Of a DNA stretch of 64,000 nucleotides, positions 31,724-40,740 are shown piece after piece (within the stretch, counting starts at the first letter, position 1; every line of letters begins with the position of its first letter). The notes under the pieces are model-generated. The model was not told the origin of the DNA and searched no databases. It was given only the letters and a program-made list of their open reading frames with translations. The translations under genes were made by a program, and so were the position numbers. The stretch covers positions 512,001-576,000 of the forward strand of contig JBMNEZ010000001.1 of NCBI GenBank assembly GCA_050949045.1. Reading direction: 5' to 3'. The stretch is from Candidatus Izemoplasmatales bacterium. Its GTDB lineage: Bacteria; Bacillota_I; Bacilli_A; Izemoplasmatales; Hujiaoplasmataceae.

Positions 31724-31983
31724 AAATCGTGTTTATTACCGCCAGTTGGTGTTCCAGTTGCCTCTTGATGCGTTCCCGCCTCAACAAGGCAATAGCGGGG
31801 ATTAAAAATGTCACTTTGATTGAACTTGATTTTGATCAAGACGCCAAAATCATCGAATCTTTTACACCGGGGAACATTCTTCCGGTCATTATCTTGTACC
31901 GCGAGAGCCAAGAATTGAAGCGCTTCGTTGGCGAAGTCAAAAGCGATGTTTTGACGAAAGCAATCATCGAGGCGTCCTCATGA
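31720..31983 (+). CDS. Thioredoxin-like protein
   Basis: ASWCSSC motif and cis-Pro loop ILPV; ATGA overlaps on both sides. Confidence 0.8.
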   Translation: MKIVFITASWCSSCLLMRSRLNKAIAGIKNVTLIELDFDQDAKIIESFTPGNILPVIILYRESQELKRFVGEVKSDVLTKAIIEASS

Positions 31984-33185
31984 GTATCAAGGCGAAAATT
32001 GCACTGGCAGTATTGCTCGTCCTTGTTCTTTGTTATTCGGTGGCTCCGGTCAGTGCCGAAAACCAGGTCACAATCCACTTTTTCTACAATGAGCTCTGCA
32101 CTCATTGCCAAGATGCAAAACTTTATCTCGAGCAGTTGGCTGCGGAAAACCCGAACGTTAGCGTCCAAAGTTATGATGTTGGCAGCGATGAAGACGACAA
32201 AAACTTGTTTGAAGAAGTAAAAAAAGTCTTTAAAAAAAGCGCGGCGCTTACGCCATTCATTGTGATTGGCGGCGTTGGACTGGTCGGTTTTTCACCCCAG
32301 ATCGAAACCGATATCGAAGAATTGATCAGCCGCTATCAGAACCAGGCTCATGTCGATGTCGTCCAAAAACTGATCGACGGCGAAGCGGTCCTTGAGGAAG
32401 ACATCGAGTTTCTACGTTTTTCTCCTGGAGATTATGTTCGCTTGCCGCTCCTCGGCGAGGTGCCGATCGATGGCCTCTCCTTATTGGTAGCGGCAATTAT
32501 AATCGGGTTTGTTGACGGTTTCAACCCCTGTGCAATGTGGGTCCTTTTGTTTCTGATTTCATTGCTGATCGGTTTGAAAAACCGGACGAGAATGTGGCTT
32601 TTGGGCTTGACGTTTTTGCTTTCGTCGGCACTAGTCTATTTTTTGATTATGACAGCCTGGCTGAATCTGGCTTTGAGCGTTAATGATGTTCTTTGGATCA
32701 GGATTGCCGTTGGTATTTTTGCCATTGGCTATGGTTTTTACAATCTCGTGAGACTGCTACCGAGGATCAAAAACAAAGAGATCGGCTGTGAGGTGAACGA
32801 TGACAAGGCGCGCAAAAAAATTATGACACGGATCACCCAAGTTGTCGAAAGAAGAAACTTGTTGTTCGCTCTTGTCGGGATGGCGGTTCTTGGAGTCTTA
32901 GTGAATCTCGTCGAGCTTGCCTGTTCGACTGGATTGCCGCTGCTCTATGCCCAGATCCTCGCTTACAACGAATTGCCTTCAGCGCTCAACTACGGCTATC
33001 TGCTGATCTATGTTTTCTTCTATATGCTGGATGACTTGGTCATTTTTGTCATCGCTATGGTTACTTTAAACCTGACCGGCATCTCAAACCGCTATCAAAT
33101 ACCTGCGAGACTGATTGGCGCACTAATCATGATCGCCCTCGGGGTGCTGTTGCTCTTTTTCCCAAAAATAATCATGTTTTTATAA
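31980..33185 (+). CDS. Exported glutaredoxin domain fused to a DsbD/CcdA-like membrane domain
   Basis: Signal peptide; FFY...CTHC...TPFIVIGG; TM region with GFVDGFNPCAMW and VELACS. Confidence 0.8.
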   Translation: MSIKAKIALAVLLVLVLCYSVAPVSAENQVTIHFFYNELCTHCQDAKLYLEQLAAENPNVSVQSYDVGSDEDDKNLFEEVKKVFKKSAALTPFIVIGGVGLVGFSPQIETDIEELISRYQNQAHVDVVQKLIDGEAVLEEDIEFLRFSPGDYVRLPLLGEVPIDGLSLLVAAIIIGFVDGFNPCAMWVLLFLISLLIGLKNRTRMWLLGLTFLLSSALVYFLIMTAWLNLALSVNDVLWIRIAVGIFAIGYGFYNLVRLLPRIKNKEIGCEVNDDKARKKIMTRITQVVERRNLLFALVGMAVLGVLVNLVELACSTGLPLLYAQILAYNELPSALNYGYLLIYVFFYMLDDLVIFVIAMVTLNLTGISNRYQIPARLIGALIMIALGVLLLFFPKIIMFL

Positions 33186-33225
33186 GGAAAAATACACAGA
33201 AATCAGCGCCAAATGGCGCTATTTT

Positions 33226-33247
33226 TATATGAAAACGTTTTCATATA
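33226..33247. promoter_or_regulatory. Perfect 22-bp palindrome, LacI/CcpA(cre)-like operator
   Basis: TATATGAAAACGTTTTCATATA; the core TGAAAACGTTTTCA fits TGWAANCGNTNWCA. Confidence 0.5.
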
Positions 33248-33252
33248 GATTA

Positions 33253-33325
33253 TTAGCACTCAAAACTTGACAGTGCTAATTTATATGTTATAATATAGTT
33301 GGCACTCGAGATACGTGAGTGCTAA
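33253..33325 (+). promoter_or_regulatory. Two tandem CIRCE elements with the SigA promoter of hsp20
   Basis: TTAGCACTC-N9-CAGTGCTAA (33253-33279, contains TTGACA), TGtTATAAT, TTGGCACTC-N9-GAGTGCTAA (33299-33325). Confidence 0.93.
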
Positions 33326-33350
33326 TCAATACGATGTAGGAGGTAATTTT

Positions 33351-33782
33351 ATGAATGGTTTAATGAAAAGAAATAGAACCGGCAATCTTTCGATTTTTGA
33401 TGATTTCTTCGATGACTTCTTCGCGCATCCACTTTCAAGACACTCGCAGAACTGCATGCGCACGGACATCAAGGAAGTTGAAAACGGCTATGAACTCGAC
33501 ATTGATGTTCCCGGATATGGCAAGGAAGATATTAAGATCTCCCTTGAGAATGGGTATTTGACTGTCGAAGCAACGAAGGAAAAGGAAACAAAGACTGAGG
33601 AAAAGCAAGGCCATTTCATCCGTAGGGAGCGTTTCCTTGGCAGTGCCGCAAGAAGTTTCTATGTAGGCGATGATATTGCCGAAAAGGACATCAAAGCAAA
33701 TTATGACAAAGGCATTTTGATGCTCTTCATCCCGAAACAAGGAACAAACGTCAAAGAAAAGAAATATATCGAAATCAAGTAA
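33351..33782 (+). CDS. Hsp20/alpha-crystallin small heat-shock protein
   Basis: MRTDIKE...DVPG..KEDI...GYLTV...RRER..GS..RSF...A.YDKGIL..IPK; RBS AGGAGG. Confidence 0.95.
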   Translation: MNGLMKRNRTGNLSIFDDFFDDFFAHPLSRHSQNCMRTDIKEVENGYELDIDVPGYGKEDIKISLENGYLTVEATKEKETKTEEKQGHFIRRERFLGSAARSFYVGDDIAEKDIKANYDKGILMLFIPKQGTNVKEKKYIEIK

Positions 33783-33791
33783 GCCAAGATC

Positions 33792-33815
33792 GAGACTCCT
33801 TAGCGGAGTCTTTTT
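33792..33815 (+). terminator. Intrinsic terminator
   Basis: AGACTCC-ttagc-GGAGTCT-TTTT. Confidence 0.8.
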
Positions 33816-34136
33816 CTTATTTTGTTTCGATCTAACAAGTTGATTATGAACGGCAAATATGATACCTTAGTGCTTGATGGATTGCGTGCTACTGACGAGT
33901 AAATGATGATGGACCGAAGCCGGATGGCTTGTGGTTTTTCTTGACACTTCCACATAGAAAATCGCTGATAAGCATCAAGTCATCAACTACAGACTAAAAG
34001 ACATTATTGTCTCTCTTTTTCGGTCAATGTGCGGGAACGACAAATCATAGAGAGAGTGTGGCAGAAGGAAAGTGAAAAGCTGCTCAATTCTCTAATTAAA
34101 CTTAATCTTAAATATATTTATTATAGAAGGAAGGCA

Positions 34137-35915
34137 ATGACTATAATGCCAAGACAACAGATCTTTTCCGAAGGTGTTTTTGCGGTGCCCGCGGTGTGGC
34201 GCGTGCAGATTCCCAATGATCTCATTGATCTCAAAGATGTGATACTCGATCAGTTCATGTCGGTTGAAACCATAAAAGACGAAGCGAATCTTGTGTTTGT
34301 CAAAGATGATTGTTTGGCTTCGGAAGCATACAGAATCGTCGTTTCCTTGTCAAAAATCACAATTACATACGGTGACTATCGAGGAGCTGTCTGGGCTTTG
34401 TCCACCGTCATCGCCCTCAGCAGAAACGGTGTTATCCGCCAACAGACAATCGTTGACCATCCCGACTTTCCCTTCCGCGGATATCTTCTTGATATCAGTC
34501 GCGACAAACTGCCATCGCTTTCGACCCTCAAGGAATTGATCGACAAGTTGATGCTCGTCAAGATCAATCACTTGCAACTATATGTCGAAGGATTTGTGCT
34601 TAAACTTCCGTCCTTTCCCGATCTTCCTTATGACGACCCTCTGACTTTACCCGAGTTTCTTGACCTTCAGGAGTATGCCAAGAAACGTGGTATTGATCTA
34701 GCTCCAAACATCAACACCTTCGGTCATATGACCAAGTGGCTTGCCTTGGAGCGGTATCGTGATCTTGCGGAGTCTCCCGAAGGCTTCTTTTTAGAGGGCT
34801 ATCCCTTTCCTCCATCGACGCTAAATCCCCTTGATGAGAGAAGTCAAACGCTCGCAAAAGCGATTTGCATGGATCTGCTTTCAGTATCAAAGAGCCCTTT
34901 TTTCAACTTGAACGGAGATGAGCCCTTTGAACTTGGTACTGGTAAAAGTAAAACAGCTTGTCAAAATGAGTCCCGAGGCAAGATCTATCTCAGGCATATG
35001 CGTCCTCTGATCGAAGCGGTCAAACAGAAAGCAAGGCCGATGATCTTCGGAGATGTAATCCGTAATGAACCTGAGGCAATAACCGGACTTCCTGATGGAA
35101 CGGTAGTGATCGATTGGGGCTATGATCGCGATTATGACTTCAGCCTGCTTTCGCAAAAACTACAGGGTAAACACGATTTCATCCTCGCTCCGGGGACATC
35201 GTCTTGGAACAGTTTCATCGGTAGATTCAAAGATATGAAGTCATCAATTGACAATGCCAGAACCAATGCTTTAAACTACGGCGCCATCGGTATGCTTTTG
35301 ACCGACTGGGGTGATTTTTCGCACCCGCAGCCGCTCGTTGTCTCCTATCCGGCAATCGCCTACTTCGCCAATACCGCCTGGTCGGGAGCGACAAATATGT
35401 CCACAGCGCTTTTTGAGGCAGATTCGCTGTTGTTCGACGAACAAGAGGACTTTGCGGATATCGTCACCCAAATGGCTGGTTATGGCGATATCGAGCCAAT
35501 GTATCTCCATAACCGGACGATTGCATTCGCCAGTTGGATGTATGTCGACAAGGACAAAGACCATCCGCTCGGATTCAAGCACGCGATTTGGTCGGAAGCA
35601 CTTAGAAGACTGTCAATCGGCGAGGATAGGGCACAAAGGATCCTCGACTTATCTGAGCGCTCGCTCGCAAGACTGACAGGCGCTTCACTCGAAGCCAGAG
35701 AAATCCGCCAGGCCATCAGATTGGTAAAAGCAGGAGTCCTCTTGAACAGGATCGTTGCCGGCGAATCACGGCATGTCAACGAAGCTAAAGCGATCCTTGA
35801 AAATGTCGATAAGGAATACGCTAGACTCTGGCTGAGCAGGAACCGTTCCTGCGGTCTGGAATCGAGCCAATATACCGTCGAATTGTTGCGGTCGTTCTTA
35901 GACAATTATTATTAG
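34137..35915 (+). CDS. Glycoside hydrolase family 20 (beta-N-acetylhexosaminidase-like)
   Basis: D.PDFPFRGYLLDISR, LQLYVE, TFGH, GDE catalytic pair, W.Y, TDWGD; start taken at MTIMP. Confidence 0.88.
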   Translation: MTIMPRQQIFSEGVFAVPAVWRVQIPNDLIDLKDVILDQFMSVETIKDEANLVFVKDDCLASEAYRIVVSLSKITITYGDYRGAVWALSTVIALSRNGVIRQQTIVDHPDFPFRGYLLDISRDKLPSLSTLKELIDKLMLVKINHLQLYVEGFVLKLPSFPDLPYDDPLTLPEFLDLQEYAKKRGIDLAPNINTFGHMTKWLALERYRDLAESPEGFFLEGYPFPPSTLNPLDERSQTLAKAICMDLLSVSKSPFFNLNGDEPFELGTGKSKTACQNESRGKIYLRHMRPLIEAVKQKARPMIFGDVIRNEPEAITGLPDGTVVIDWGYDRDYDFSLLSQKLQGKHDFILAPGTSSWNSFIGRFKDMKSSIDNARTNALNYGAIGMLLTDWGDFSHPQPLVVSYPAIAYFANTAWSGATNMSTALFEADSLLFDEQEDFADIVTQMAGYGDIEPMYLHNRTIAFASWMYVDKDKDHPLGFKHAIWSEALRRLSIGEDRAQRILDLSERSLARLTGASLEAREIRQAIRLVKAGVLLNRIVAGESRHVNEAKAILENVDKEYARLWLSRNRSCGLESSQYTVELLRSFLDNYY

Positions 35916-35939
35916 GTGTGATATAATTCTTGCTGAGGC

Positions 35940-36905
35940 GTGATGAAGATGAGTGAAAACAACCTTCTCGAAACAGCAATTAGAGAATACGAGACCAGGC
36001 ATTACCAGAAGTCTTATCCAATTTTTCGCAAGCTGGCTAAGAAAAACATAAAGGAAGCGCTATACTATCTGGGCCTGCATCATTTCTATGGCCGCGGTGT
36101 CCAAAAAAATGAAGCCGAGGCCTTTTCACTGTTCTCAAAAGCGGCGATTGAACTGCACGCGGGAGCGACTCAGATGCTCGGGAAATGCTACGAAGAAGGT
36201 AAAGGAGTAGCCAAAAATTTGAAACAAGCATACGAATACTATGTCGCAGCCAGCCATCAGGGCAATCAAGATGCCTCTTTGAAACTAGCAGAATTTTATG
36301 AAAAAGGCATCGTGGTCGAGCAAAGTTTTCCTAAAGCCCTTGAGTATTATGTTGACCTTGCAAAATATGACAATGCCTATGCCATGTATCGGATCGGCAA
36401 AGCCTATTTCCTTGGTCAGGGTTTGAAGAAGAACCTTGAAGCTTCACATTCTTGGTTCAACAAAGCCTTAAGTAAGGGGTCGGTCGACGCGATGAACTAT
36501 TTTCGGCTGATCGGCACCAAGAGTGCCAGAGATATCCGGGAGACACAATCATTGTATACGATTGCGAAGGACTACTATCAATCGGATGAGCCTGAGAACG
36601 CGATCATTTATTTTGAGATTGCGGCCAGGGAAGGCATCAACGAAGCTTATCGCGACCTTTCAGAAGCCTACAAGGAAGGTCGCGGTGTCGAGATGTCGCC
36701 GATCAAAGCGTTCGAGAATATGCTCAAAGGCGCTGAAAAGGGCGACCAACAGGCGATGATCGCCGTCGCGAAAAAGTACGAAGCCGGCGACGGTGTTGAA
36801 TCATCCTATATTAAGGCTGAAAAGTGGTATTTGGAGGCGGCCAAGAATGGCAACGCCACAGCCAAAGCCGAATTGTTGTCTCTAAGGGGGTATCCATATG
36901 AATAA
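35940..36905 (+). CDS. Sel1-repeat protein
   Basis: Repeated A..LG..Y..G.GV..N...A..W/Y..AA..G units. Confidence 0.9.
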   Translation: MMKMSENNLLETAIREYETRHYQKSYPIFRKLAKKNIKEALYYLGLHHFYGRGVQKNEAEAFSLFSKAAIELHAGATQMLGKCYEEGKGVAKNLKQAYEYYVAASHQGNQDASLKLAEFYEKGIVVEQSFPKALEYYVDLAKYDNAYAMYRIGKAYFLGQGLKKNLEASHSWFNKALSKGSVDAMNYFRLIGTKSARDIRETQSLYTIAKDYYQSDEPENAIIYFEIAAREGINEAYRDLSEAYKEGRGVEMSPIKAFENMLKGAEKGDQQAMIAVAKKYEAGDGVESSYIKAEKWYLEAAKNGNATAKAELLSLRGYPYE

Positions 36906-38607
36906 TCAGATGACTCCCAAAGCCTTGAACGAACTAGGCGACAAGTATTTTTATGGACAGAACACATCTGCAAACATTGAGTTAGCCTACACATACTATA
37001 AGCAAGCAGCCGACCAGGGAAACCCTGTCGGTTTATATAATGTCGGAAAATACTTCCAAGAAAAGAAAGATTACAAGAGTGCCGTCGACTTTTACCAAAA
37101 AGCGCTCGCAAGCGGCTATGCGAAAGCCTATCTGACGCTTGCGGATATGGCGATGAACGGACTCGGGATCCGCAAGAGCAAGAAGAAGGCTTTCAAGTAT
37201 ACCCTTGAAGGTGCCAATCTCGGCGACACGGATGCTTATAACCAGCTGGCCAGCTACTATCACCGGGCCATCGGCTGTAAGCGCGATGACAAGAAGGTCT
37301 GGGAATACTATCAGAAATCCGCCGATAGGGGCAATCCCGAAGGCATGTACAATCTCGCGCTTTTAATCCTTGATACAACCAAAGGCAAAAAAGACCCGCA
37401 ACCGGCGATCCAGTGGCTCGACAAAGCAGCTCTGTCTGGACATAGGCAAGCAATCATCAAAGCCAGGGAACTTTACCAGAAACCCCATCCCGCCTTCAAG
37501 AAACGTTCACAGATGTCGCTAGCGGAACTCGCTTTCCATTACGAGGAAATGCTCGCCAGTAGCGGTGATGAGCCTGCTCTTGTCAAGGTTTCCCAAGTAT
37601 ACTTTGAAGGAACTCCCGTAACCAAAAGGAACGCTGAGAAAGCCGTCAAGTATTTCAAGATGCTCGTTCAGATCGATAATTCGATTGGCCACTATGGCTA
37701 CGGAAGTTGTCTTGTCAATGGCTTCGGGATCGCGACTGATTACCAGAAAGGTCTAAAGCATCTAGAAATCGCCGCCAATCGCGGGAACGAACTCGCAATG
37801 GGGCGGCTTGGCGACCTCTATCGTCTCGGCCAAGGAGTCAAAGCCGATCCCGAAACCGCCAAGAAGTGGTATTATGATGCCGCCAAACATAACAATCACG
37901 ATGCCTTGCTTAACCTTGCTCTATTACACTATCGGGGCGAGATCATGAATCCAAGTGCGGAACTGGCTTACCAATATCTTGACAATGCCCTCAAGAAGGG
38001 CAGTAGCCAGGCCTATTACTGGATGGGCGTCTTTCTTGAAAAAGGGATTGGGTGTCCCAAAAACCTGATTGAGGCGCAAAAGGCTTTCCAAAAAGCTATT
38101 TCACTCAATATTCCGGGCGCATCTTACAAATATGGATGTCTACTCTATGAACAAGGACTGGCAAGCAAGAACAGGCGTAAGGCCAGAAACTTGTTTATCC
38201 AGGCAAAAGATCACCTGATCACTTATGTCACACAGCCGCAACCAAACCAGGTTAACGCGGGTTATGCATGTTACTGTTTGGCCACCATTTTCAAAGCAGG
38301 CCAGGGCACAGAGCCTTCACAAAGAACGATGCGCTACTGGCTCGAAGTCTCAGCCAGCTTTGGTTATCCAAAGGCGTTCGTCGATCTTTACCGAGCACTC
38401 AAACCAACTGAGTTCAATCTTGCCCTCAAATATTTGAAAAGGGGCGTTGAGATTGGGAAGAATGCCGAGGCGATTTACGAATTGGGGCTTCTCTATCAGA
38501 GTGGTTTCCTTTCAATCGAGAAAGACAGCAATCTGGCTACCAAATATTTCGAGCAAGCTGCCAAACTGAATTACAAGCCAGCGCTTGACCGGCTGATGAT
38601 GTCATAG
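36898..38607 (+). CDS. Sel1-repeat protein
   Basis: More than ten Sel1-like repeats; overlaps the upstream gene. Confidence 0.9.
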   Translation: MNNQMTPKALNELGDKYFYGQNTSANIELAYTYYKQAADQGNPVGLYNVGKYFQEKKDYKSAVDFYQKALASGYAKAYLTLADMAMNGLGIRKSKKKAFKYTLEGANLGDTDAYNQLASYYHRAIGCKRDDKKVWEYYQKSADRGNPEGMYNLALLILDTTKGKKDPQPAIQWLDKAALSGHRQAIIKARELYQKPHPAFKKRSQMSLAELAFHYEEMLASSGDEPALVKVSQVYFEGTPVTKRNAEKAVKYFKMLVQIDNSIGHYGYGSCLVNGFGIATDYQKGLKHLEIAANRGNELAMGRLGDLYRLGQGVKADPETAKKWYYDAAKHNNHDALLNLALLHYRGEIMNPSAELAYQYLDNALKKGSSQAYYWMGVFLEKGIGCPKNLIEAQKAFQKAISLNIPGASYKYGCLLYEQGLASKNRRKARNLFIQAKDHLITYVTQPQPNQVNAGYACYCLATIFKAGQGTEPSQRTMRYWLEVSASFGYPKAFVDLYRALKPTEFNLALKYLKRGVEIGKNAEAIYELGLLYQSGFLSIEKDSNLATKYFEQAAKLNYKPALDRLMMS

Positions 38608-38615
38608 GAGGAAAT

Positions 38616-39167
38616 ATGAGAATTCTGTTACATATCTGTTGTGCTCCTTGCAGCGTCATGTGCATCAAGACGCTTCAGGATGCCGGACATAAAATCGTTG
38701 GTTACTGGTATAATCCAAACATCCACCCGGCCACGGAATATCTTGCTAGGCGCGATCAGATGATAGCCTATGCTCAGGCAATCGGCTTGGAACTCGTGGT
38801 TGACGACTTTTATGGACTAGAGCCGTTTTTGAAGAATGTGATCGATGATATCGACAACCGTTGTGAGTATTGTTACCGGGAGCGTTTACAGCACACGGCG
38901 AAGAAAGCGAAAGCATTGGGTTTGGATGCCTTCACATCGACATTGTTCATCTCTCCCTATCAAAGGCATGAACTGTTGAGGAAACAGGCCGAGCTTGTCG
39001 CTCTCGAGGAAGAGATTTGTTTCCATTATGTCGATTTCCGTCCTTACTATCGCGAAGGGCGGGAGTATGCCCGCAAACAAAATTTCTACCTGCAGAAATA
39101 CTGCGGTTGCGTTTTCAGTGAACAGGACCGCTATCAAAAGAAACTTTCGCAAAAACCCTGGGGATGA
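38616..39167 (+). CDS. queH: Epoxyqueuosine reductase (B12-independent)
   Basis: LLHICCAPCS, YNPNIHP..EY..R, RC.YCY..RL, STL.ISP, Y.QKYCGC.FS. Confidence 0.92.
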   Translation: MRILLHICCAPCSVMCIKTLQDAGHKIVGYWYNPNIHPATEYLARRDQMIAYAQAIGLELVVDDFYGLEPFLKNVIDDIDNRCEYCYRERLQHTAKKAKALGLDAFTSTLFISPYQRHELLRKQAELVALEEEICFHYVDFRPYYREGREYARKQNFYLQKYCGCVFSEQDRYQKKLSQKPWG

Positions 39168-39250
39168 TTTCCCGGTTTTTTTGTTGGTTTATTGCATAAT
39201 CGCGTGTGATTAAGTAGAATTATGGCAGATAGATAGAAAGGAGAAAGCAT

Positions 39251-40057
39251 ATGCAACTTGCCATAACTGACGTCTCACTGGTCAAGGAATGCTGGTGGAT
39301 GTATCTCCTCGGCGCGCTCGTGACTCTCTTCATCGCCGGTGGGGCAGTCTATTTCGCAGTGATCGGTTTTCGCCAAGCTAAAAAACTCGGAATGCCCAAG
39401 GAAACACTTAAGAAAACTGTAATCAGTTCGCTCAGTTTCTCGATTTTGCCGTCAATCGGCATCTTCATCGGCGTGATCACGATGGCTGGCCTTTTGGGGA
39501 TCCCTCTGCCTTGGATCCGATTGTCGGTAGTCGGAGCGCTTCACTACGAATTGATGGCCGTGTCCGTGGCTTCCGAGGGAATCACCGCTCTGACAATGAC
39601 AACGCAGGATTATGTGACGATCGCCTTCGCGATGACGATTTCCATCATGTGGGGCGGTATCTTTGCACTCATCTTTTTCAAAAAATATCAGACAAAAGTC
39701 TTGAACAAGGTCGTTTCGGGAAACGAGCGGAGTTTTGGAAAACTCCTGTTTGACGCTGTCTTTATCGGCATGATCTCAGCCTATCTCGGCGATGCTTTTG
39801 CCAAGATTTTCCGCTACGACACCAAAATCGTCGTTGATGGGGCCTATGTCGTCGATGAAATGGGTAACTATGTGCTTGAAGACAACAAGACATTTGTCCC
39901 GCTCATCGTTTTCTTATCATCGATGCTCTTCATGGGCCTTTTAGACTTGTTGGTAAAAAAAGGCAAACAGAAATGGCTGGAGAACTTCCAACTCGCGCTT
40001 TCGATGCTTCTCGGGATGATGGTCGCGGTGTTGCTGGGATTAGGAGGAATCTACTGA
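39251..40057 (+). CDS. Multi-pass membrane protein (DUF5058-like)
   Basis: AKKLGM...SS..FSILPS...LG.PLPWIRLSVVGAL.YE...WLENF.LA.SML.GM. Confidence 0.75.
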   Translation: MQLAITDVSLVKECWWMYLLGALVTLFIAGGAVYFAVIGFRQAKKLGMPKETLKKTVISSLSFSILPSIGIFIGVITMAGLLGIPLPWIRLSVVGALHYELMAVSVASEGITALTMTTQDYVTIAFAMTISIMWGGIFALIFFKKYQTKVLNKVVSGNERSFGKLLFDAVFIGMISAYLGDAFAKIFRYDTKIVVDGAYVVDEMGNYVLEDNKTFVPLIVFLSSMLFMGLLDLLVKKGKQKWLENFQLALSMLLGMMVAVLLGLGGIY

Positions 40058-40725
40058 TGAAGAAGGAGAACATGAATGATAATGACCTGATGCATCGCCG
40101 CGGACGGATCTTCATGGTAATGGGTTTGTCGGTGATGCTTATGGTGCCGATTACGATTTGGATTGTTACCGGGGTTGGCCCTGATGGCAAGAGGATGGCC
40201 ATGGCCATCCTCGGGCTTTCACTCCTTTTTCTTCCCGGAGGCATCGTCGAAGTCATCACTTATGCGCCTTTTCTCGGTACCGGTGGGACTTATCTTGCTT
40301 TCATCACCGGCAATCTCATCAATCTAAAAATCCCGTGCGTCATTAATGCGGGCGAACTGGCAAAGACGTCGATCGGAACCCCGGAAAACGATGTTGTTGC
40401 CTTGATTTCGGTTGCCGTTTCAACCTTGACGACCGTCTCGATCATGACCATGGGCGTGATTCTATTGATACCGCTCAGGCCGATCCTTGAGGCGCCGGTG
40501 CTTCAGCCTGCTTTCAACTGGGTCGTTAGTGCGCTCTTCGGAGCGCTCGGATACAAGTATTTTCTTCGTAATCCCAAGTTAGCGATCGCGCCGGTTTTCT
40601 TCTCGCTGATCCTTGGCTTTTTCTTTCCTGCGTTTGTCTACGGCAATATTGTGATCGTTGTTGTGATCATGGCGATCATCTCGGTCTTGTTCGCAAAATT
40701 CTATTACGACCGCAAGTGGGTTTAG
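40057..40725 (+). CDS. Multi-pass membrane protein, partner of the DUF5058-like gene
   Basis: TGATG coupling and RBS AGGAGG; VEVITYAP.LG.GGTYLAFITGNL.NLKIPC. Confidence 0.75.
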   Translation: MKKENMNDNDLMHRRGRIFMVMGLSVMLMVPITIWIVTGVGPDGKRMAMAILGLSLLFLPGGIVEVITYAPFLGTGGTYLAFITGNLINLKIPCVINAGELAKTSIGTPENDVVALISVAVSTLTTVSIMTMGVILLIPLRPILEAPVLQPAFNWVVSALFGALGYKYFLRNPKLAIAPVFFSLILGFFFPAFVYGNIVIVVVIMAIISVLFAKFYYDRKWV

Positions 40726-40740
40726 GAAGGTGAATTGATC

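Noticed and set aside
33885..33925. Hammerhead or ZTP-riboswitch-like CTGACGAG...CGAAG
   Set aside because: No GAAA core, no supporting stems, and the 3' conserved elements are missing.
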